Origin: Nitrospirota bacterium
GTDB taxonomy: Bacteria; Nitrospirota; Nitrospiria; Nitrospirales; NS-4
Assembly: GCA_963788195.1 (NCBI GenBank)
Contig: CAWBGA010000002.1
Location: 1-64,000, forward strand
Reading direction: 5' to 3'
Length of the DNA stretch: 64,000 nucleotides
The translations under genes were made by a program, and so were the position numbers. Position 1 is the stretch's first letter. Every line of letters begins with the position of its first letter. Positions 59,006 through 64,000 of this stretch are shown here, one piece after another. The notes under the pieces are model-generated. The model ran no database searches. It saw only the letters and a list, made by a program, of their open reading frames with translations, and was not told the origin of the DNA.

Positions 59006-60820
59006 ATGCGGCTCGGGTTGAAAGTCAAAGAGGCGTTCGCCGTCAGCTTCGTCACGTTCCTGGCGGTCACGGCTGCGACCTTGCTCCATCTCTCCGAACT
59101 CTCGCGAATCGAGCTGAAGGAGGTCATGCGACAGGACGAGCTCATTGCCAAGCAGATCTACGCTCAAAGCAGCCGGGCACTTGCCCGCGGCGCTCAAAGA
59201 TCTCCATTGACAGCGCTGCGCCGCGATCAAGAACTGAGAACGTTGGTTGAGGCCAGCGTGACATACTCGCCGCACCTCCTCTATGCCGTTATCGTAGACC
59301 GCGAAGGGAAGGTCCTGCTCCATAGTGATCAATCGCGGGAAGGCGAGCGAACGGCCGAGCGTCCCTCGCTTCAGGAACTGCTGGATAGAAATGTCCTAAA
59401 CCGCTTTTTGATGCTCTACACCGGCCCGAAGATCTATGAGGCAGTCATGCCGTTGACGCTCAACGGCGAGGCCTTCGGCAGCATCAAACTGGGCGCCGCG
59501 TCCCGGCTGCTTCGCAAAGAGCTGGAAAACTCCGCAAAAAAAAGTCTGGTCCTGGCCGGCGCTTTCCTTCCGATTGCGTGGTTTGTCGCGTTCGGTTTTG
59601 CCAACCTGGCCCGGCGGCCGATCCGCCGGTTGGTTCAGGAGATCGATCGGCTCCGGCGTGGGGAGTTCAGCAGTCTCACGGATGCGACGGACCAAATGGA
59701 AGACGAATATAAAGAGCTTGCGTCTCACCTCCTCCTCCTTGGACAAGAGATACAGTCGGACCGCCTCAAGACCCTGGGAGACAAGGGACACTTCCAGCAG
59801 GTCGTAGACCAGCTCGAGGATGCGATCATCTTTTTGAACCAGGAGCGCAAGATTCTGTTTTGCAACAGGGCCACGCAGGCCTTGCTTGGCAAGGAGATCG
59901 AGGCGGCCGTGGGCCGGCCCCTGCTTGATCTGCTGGGACCTGCCGATCCGCTGCGGGGCTTTCTCCATCAGTCTTTTGCAGACGACACGAGCGTGCGGAA
60001 CGCGACGCTTCGGTTGCCGAAAAACGGCCGGACAAAACAGGTACTGGCGTCCATATTTTTGATGAGAGACGAGGGGAAACTGCTCGGCGCGGTCGTACTC
60101 CTGAAGGATATGGAGTCGATCAAGACGGTCCAGTCCCTCATCCACTATTCAGCGAAGTTGACGGCGTTGGGACAGCTTACCTCCGGCATTGCGCACGAAG
60201 TGAAAAATCCGCTGAACGCCATGATGATCCATCTGGAGCTGTTGAAGGAAAAGTTGGAGATGCCCGTCGACGCAGGACAGCTGGAGGTGCAACAAAACGT
60301 GGCGGTTATCGAGAACGAGATCAAACGGCTGGACAGGGTTGTCCAGGGCTTTCTCAAATTTGTCCGTCCTCAGGAGCTGGCGCTGAAGCCCGTGGATCTC
60401 AATGCGCTCCTCAACCGCACTCTCGCTTCGTTGGCAACCCAATGGGAGCCCAAAGGCGTGCGCTTCCTGGGCGAGCTGGATGAAACGCTTCCCATGATAA
60501 CCGCGGACGAGGATCTGCTGCACCAGGCCTTTCTAAACATCCTGTTGAACGCATGTCAGGCCATGCCCGGCGGGGGCAGCGTGACTGTGCGGACCGAACG
60601 TCTGGAGGACGATTCAGTCAAAGTCAGCATCGGCGATGAAGGGGTCGGCATCCCACCAGAAGACAGAGACAAGATTTTCAAGCTCTACTACACGACGAAG
60701 GCCGATGGGAACGGGATCGGCCTGTCGATGGTCTACCGCATCATTCAACTCCATGACGGGGAGATTATGGTGCAGTCGGAGGTAGGTCAGGGCTCCACGA
60801 TGGTGGTGCGACTGCCATGA
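59006..60820 (+). CDS. Membrane PAS/HAMP sensor histidine kinase (NtrB/NtrY-like)
   Basis: GIAHEVKNPL, NILLNACQAM, DEGVGI, GIGL. Confidence 0.93.
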   Translation: MRLGLKVKEAFAVSFVTFLAVTAATLLHLSELSRIELKEVMRQDELIAKQIYAQSSRALARGAQRSPLTALRRDQELRTLVEASVTYSPHLLYAVIVDREGKVLLHSDQSREGERTAERPSLQELLDRNVLNRFLMLYTGPKIYEAVMPLTLNGEAFGSIKLGAASRLLRKELENSAKKSLVLAGAFLPIAWFVAFGFANLARRPIRRLVQEIDRLRRGEFSSLTDATDQMEDEYKELASHLLLLGQEIQSDRLKTLGDKGHFQQVVDQLEDAIIFLNQERKILFCNRATQALLGKEIEAAVGRPLLDLLGPADPLRGFLHQSFADDTSVRNATLRLPKNGRTKQVLASIFLMRDEGKLLGAVVLLKDMESIKTVQSLIHYSAKLTALGQLTSGIAHEVKNPLNAMMIHLELLKEKLEMPVDAGQLEVQQNVAVIENEIKRLDRVVQGFLKFVRPQELALKPVDLNALLNRTLASLATQWEPKGVRFLGELDETLPMITADEDLLHQAFLNILLNACQAMPGGGSVTVRTERLEDDSVKVSIGDEGVGIPPEDRDKIFKLYYTTKADGNGIGLSMVYRIIQLHDGEIMVQSEVGQGSTMVVRLP

Positions 60821-61164
60821 GCCGGTTCCTTGTTCTTGGTTTTCTCATTATGCTCGGAGCGCCTGTCTTCGGCTGTGCCGCTTCGAAGCCCCCCCCCGCA
60901 CCAAAGCCTTCCCCGGTGTTGTTGCCGGACTCAAAGGTGAAGGGAAACCGGATGGCGCAAGAAGCCGGCGTGCGAATCGCGCGCGCCGAACAAATGGCAA
61001 ACCAAGTGGATCAAAAGAAATTAACTCTGGAACAGGAGGAAACCTATCTCACGATCAAGAGTTTTCTCGTGAAGGCCAAGAAGGCGATGCAGGTCAAAGA
61101 TTTCGCCCGCGCGTCCACTCTGGCGGATAAGGCCATGATCCTCGCCGAGGAGCTCACCAACTAA
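60817..61164 (+). CDS. Lipoprotein coupled to the two-component system
   Basis: Lipobox VFGC, Pro-rich linker, helical domain; ATGA overlap with the kinase. Confidence 0.7.
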   Translation: MSRFLVLGFLIMLGAPVFGCAASKPPPAPKPSPVLLPDSKVKGNRMAQEAGVRIARAEQMANQVDQKKLTLEQEETYLTIKSFLVKAKKAMQVKDFARASTLADKAMILAEELTN

Positions 61165-61166
61165 CG

Positions 61167-61201
61167 TGTAACTTTTACACAAAAGGGGTGTAAAAGTTAT
61201 A
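61167..61201. promoter_or_regulatory. Inverted repeat / tandem GTGTAA sites, candidate activator binding sites
   Basis: GTGTAACTTTTACAC-AAAAGGG-GTGTAAAAGTTA. Confidence 0.5.
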
Positions 61202-61296
61202 GACTCGCTGCCGTCTTCAGTCTGTTGTGGCTGCGGTAACGCCACATAAGCGCATGTAAATCAATATTTCTCTGCTGGACAATAGCTCTCAGATTT

Positions 61297-61312
61297 TGGC
61301 CCATCCTTTGCG
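61297..61312 (+). promoter_or_regulatory. Sigma-54 (-24/-12) promoter
   Basis: TGGCCCATCCTTTGCG (GG-N10-GC). Confidence 0.55.
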
Positions 61313-61329
61313 TTCTATCTTCCGTAGAT

Positions 61330-61422
61330 ATGGTAGTCGCCACCACCACACGTAAAGAGATTCTGATCGTCGAAGATGATTCTGAAAACCTCGTCAAGGC
61401 GCTCGAGGCTCAAGAAACTTAA
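61330..61422 (+). pseudogene. Truncated receiver-domain remnant (30 aa)
   Basis: MVVATTTRKEILIVEDDSENLVKALEAQET*. Confidence 0.5.
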
Positions 61423-61519
61423 TGCGGTGTTGGGGTGTCGATAGTGCAGTGGACCTCCTTCAGCTAGGATTGCCGGCCCGGTACGGGGCTGGCACGAAGC
61501 AGCTTTATAGAGATGCCCA

Positions 61520-62197
61520 ATGAATACGATCGCGCTTGAAGTGCTGCCTGATCACGCGCTCTCAATGTTTCCCAGATCCGATCATCTTTCCGGCGTAGCG
61601 TGCCAGGAAATTGCCACCAAGAGGGTGGGTCCCGGCGTACTATTTCTGACATCCTCCCTGGAGCTCATCTATAAGGATCAACATTCCCTGGAACTATGCG
61701 CGGTGATCAACCATGCGCAGGGGATGAAAACAGCGCGAGGCCTGTTGCCGCCTGCTGTCTTGGATGTCTGCAGCAAAGTGGCGCAACTGATGAAGACGGC
61801 CAAAAAGTCCGTGCACGCTCAGGATTTGCAGGTGAGACAGGTGGTCCCCCATCCGGATACCCCGGTGCTTATCTGGGGCATCGGTTTGCCTGATCCCAAC
61901 AATCCTGAACAAGGGCGGATTTTAGTGCTGATCGAGGAGAGTCGGCGGCACCCCACTGCCCTGCTTCGAGCGGCGCAGCAACGGTTCATGTTTACCGAAC
62001 GCGATACCGAGGTGCTGCAGCATCTCTTCAAGGGCTGGACGAATAAAGAAATCGCCAACGCCATGCAAATCGGCGAGCAGGCGGTTAAGGAACACATCCG
62101 AAAGCTTATGAACAAAACGCGCGCCCGCACGCGATCAGCGATCTTGATGGCGGTGATCGCTCTGGAGGGAAGTTCTACGGCGCCCGAGATCCACTGA
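61520..62197 (+). CDS. LuxR-family HTH transcriptional regulator
   Basis: FTERDTEVLQHL.KG.TNKEIA..VKEHIRKLMNK. Confidence 0.88.
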   Translation: MNTIALEVLPDHALSMFPRSDHLSGVACQEIATKRVGPGVLFLTSSLELIYKDQHSLELCAVINHAQGMKTARGLLPPAVLDVCSKVAQLMKTAKKSVHAQDLQVRQVVPHPDTPVLIWGIGLPDPNNPEQGRILVLIEESRRHPTALLRAAQQRFMFTERDTEVLQHLFKGWTNKEIANAMQIGEQAVKEHIRKLMNKTRARTRSAILMAVIALEGSSTAPEIH

Positions 62198-62217
62198 AAA
62201 ATCTCCTTTCAGCGCGG

Positions 62218-62711
62218 ACGCCATTGCACCCGCCCGCTCCGAGGCTGCTAAGACGAGCGCTTTTTCTCGTAGCACCCACCATTGCACCCAGCCCGCCCCC
62301 CGACGCGCCCCTTTCCTCATGGCGGAGCGCAGCACGACTTGCTTGCGCTTCGCGGTGCACAACAAAAGGGGACAAGGCGCCATTCGTCAAAAGAGCCCGT
62401 CCCCTTCGACTCCCGCTTTGCTCCACGAAATGAGCCCAGCGAGAACTTGTCTTTGACGGGTGGCACCGATCGGGACCCAGCCAGAGCGCAGCACGACTTG
62501 CTTGCGCATCGCGGAGTGCGAGCAAGGCTGGGCAGGTCGGTGACAGGACCCGTCAAGTCAGGTTCTTCGCTATTCCCAGAATGACAGTGCTGCGCTCAGA
62601 ATCCCTCCGGCTTCCCGCTTTGCCCCACGAGTGAGGCCCGCAAGAACGCGTTTGACAGTAACTCCGGACATGCCCTGAGAGCGCCAGCGACTTGCTTGCG
62701 CATCGCGGAGC
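62218..62711. repeat. Composite intergenic repeat region
   Basis: Three copies of GAGCGC..CGACTTGCTTGCGC.TCGCGG (62325, 62484, 62679), two CCATTGCACCC, and an inverted relative of 2033-2204. Confidence 0.75.
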
Positions 62712-62752
62712 GGGCGCCTCAGGGCTGTGCGGTGGCACGACCCGAAGTGATC

Positions 62753-64000
62753 TCAGGCCGAATAAGAATCCATGGGTGGGCAGGTGCAGATGAGATTCCG
62801 ATCGCCGTAGGCGTTATCGATGCGTCCCACAAAGGGCCAGAATTTGTAATCGCGGAGGTAGGCCGCAGGAAAAGCGGCTTGCTCGCGGCTGTAGGGGTGC
62901 TTCCAATCGGAGGCCGTCACGACCTCGGCCGTGTGCGGTGAGTTCTTCAGCACATTATCGTCCTTAGGTCTGCGTCCCTCTGCGATCTCCTGGATTTCGC
63001 CACGGATTGCAATCATGGCCTCGCAGAAACGATCCATCTCCGCCTTTGACTCGCTCTCGGTCGGTTCGATCATGAGCGTCCCCGGCACCGGAAACGACAT
63101 CGTCGGCGCATGAAAACCGTAGTCCATGAGTCGCTTGGCGATGTCGTTCACTTCCACACCGGTGCTCTCCTTGAACTGCCGAGCGTCCAGAATGAATTCG
63201 TGCGCCACAAAGCCACTCTTGCCGGTATAGAGCACAGGGTAATATTTCTCCAGGCGGCGAGCCATATAGTTGGCGTTGAGAATTGCGACCTTGGTCGCTT
63301 TGGTCAGGCCGTCGGCGCCCATTAGCGCGATATAGACCCAGGAGATCGTTAAGATGCTGGGGCTGCCATAGGGAGCGGCAGCAACCGGTCCGATCGAGTC
63401 TTTCCCGCCGAGGTTTGTAACCGGATGGCCGGGAAGAAACTGTGCAAGGTGAGCGGCGACTCCTATCGGCCCCATGCCGGGCCCCCCACCGCCATGCGGG
63501 ATGCAAAATGTCTTGTGTAGATTGAGATGGCAGACGTCGGCGCCGATGTCTCCCGGCCGGCACAATCCCACCTGCGCATTCATATTTGCTCCGTCCATGT
63601 ACACCTGAGCCCCGTGCTCATGCGCGATCTCACAGACGCGCCGGATGTCTTCTTCGAAGACTCCGTGTGTCGAGGGGTAGGTGATCATCAAAGCGGCAAG
63701 CTTGTCCCGATGTTGTATCGCTTTGGCCTCCAGATCCCGAAGGTTGATATTGCCGCCTTCGTCGCACGCAACCGCGACGACCTTCATTCCCGCAATGACC
63801 GCGCTCGCGGGATTCGTTCCATGTGCAGACGTGGGTATCAAGCAGACGTCGCGTTGTGGTTGGCCTCTGCGCCGGTGATAGCTCCGGATGACCATCAAAC
63901 CGGCATATTCACCCTGTGATCCGGCATTCGGTTGTAACGACACTGCCGCAAAACCGGTGATCTCCGCGAGCCAGCTTTCAAGCTGCGTAAAAAGCGCCTG
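62753..64000 (-). CDS. gcvP: Glycine dehydrogenase (decarboxylating) P protein, 3' part (truncated by the window edge)
   Basis: [57 protein letters not shown]. Confidence 0.97.
   Translation of the reverse strand, partial: QALFTQLESWLAEITGFAAVSLQPNAGSQGEYAGLMVIRSYHRRRGQPQRDVCLIPTSAHGTNPASAVIAGMKVVAVACDEGGNINLRDLEAKAIQHRDKLAALMITYPSTHGVFEEDIRRVCEIAHEHGAQVYMDGANMNAQVGLCRPGDIGADVCHLNLHKTFCIPHGGGGPGMGPIGVAAHLAQFLPGHPVTNLGGKDSIGPVAAAPYGSPSILTISWVYIALMGADGLTKATKVAILNANYMARRLEKYYPVLYTGKSGFVAHEFILDARQFKESTGVEVNDIAKRLMDYGFHAPTMSFPVPGTLMIEPTESESKAEMDRFCEAMIAIRGEIQEIAEGRRPKDDNVLKNSPHTAEVVTASDWKHPYSREQAAFPAAYLRDYKFWPFVGRIDNAYGDRNLICTCPPMDSYSA

Noticed and set aside
61490..61504. Sigma-54 promoter TGGCACG before luxR
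   Set aside because: GG to GC spacing is 9 nt rather than 10
1..64000. tRNA, rRNA, transposase or integrase genes
   Set aside because: None recognised by eye

Overview
Nitrospirota-type (Nitrospira-like) chromosomal window built around two tandem periplasmic nitrite oxidoreductase loci (nxrA1B1 at 25.6-30.4 kb, nxrA2B2 at 38.0-42.8 kb). Each locus is preceded by its own CHASE3/HAMP/GAF histidine kinase, a sigma-54 response regulator and a -24/-12 promoter. A decayed remnant of a third nxrAB copy sits just upstream of nxrA1, and no nxrC is present. Scattered around the NXR loci are two uncharacterised secreted protein families. Family A has 5 copies with an Ig/IPT-like stem and an 8-Cys FGE/C-type-lectin-like head carrying a hypervariable loop. 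Family B has 4 copies of about 170 aa and usually lies next to family A. The left part holds two tandem B12-binding radical SAM enzymes, an internally duplicated unknown protein, FKBP, CBS, metallo-beta-lactamase-fold and J-like proteins. The right part holds an ABC binding protein, methyltransferases, serine proteases, gcvT, a NUDIX hydrolase, YqeY, a third sigma-54 two-component system, a LuxR regulator and the 3' end of gcvP. About 13 single-base frameshifts, mostly +1, affect otherwise intact genes, including three in nxrA2, and probably reflect sequencing or assembly errors. All calls come from reading the sequence and translations by eye; no database searches were run.
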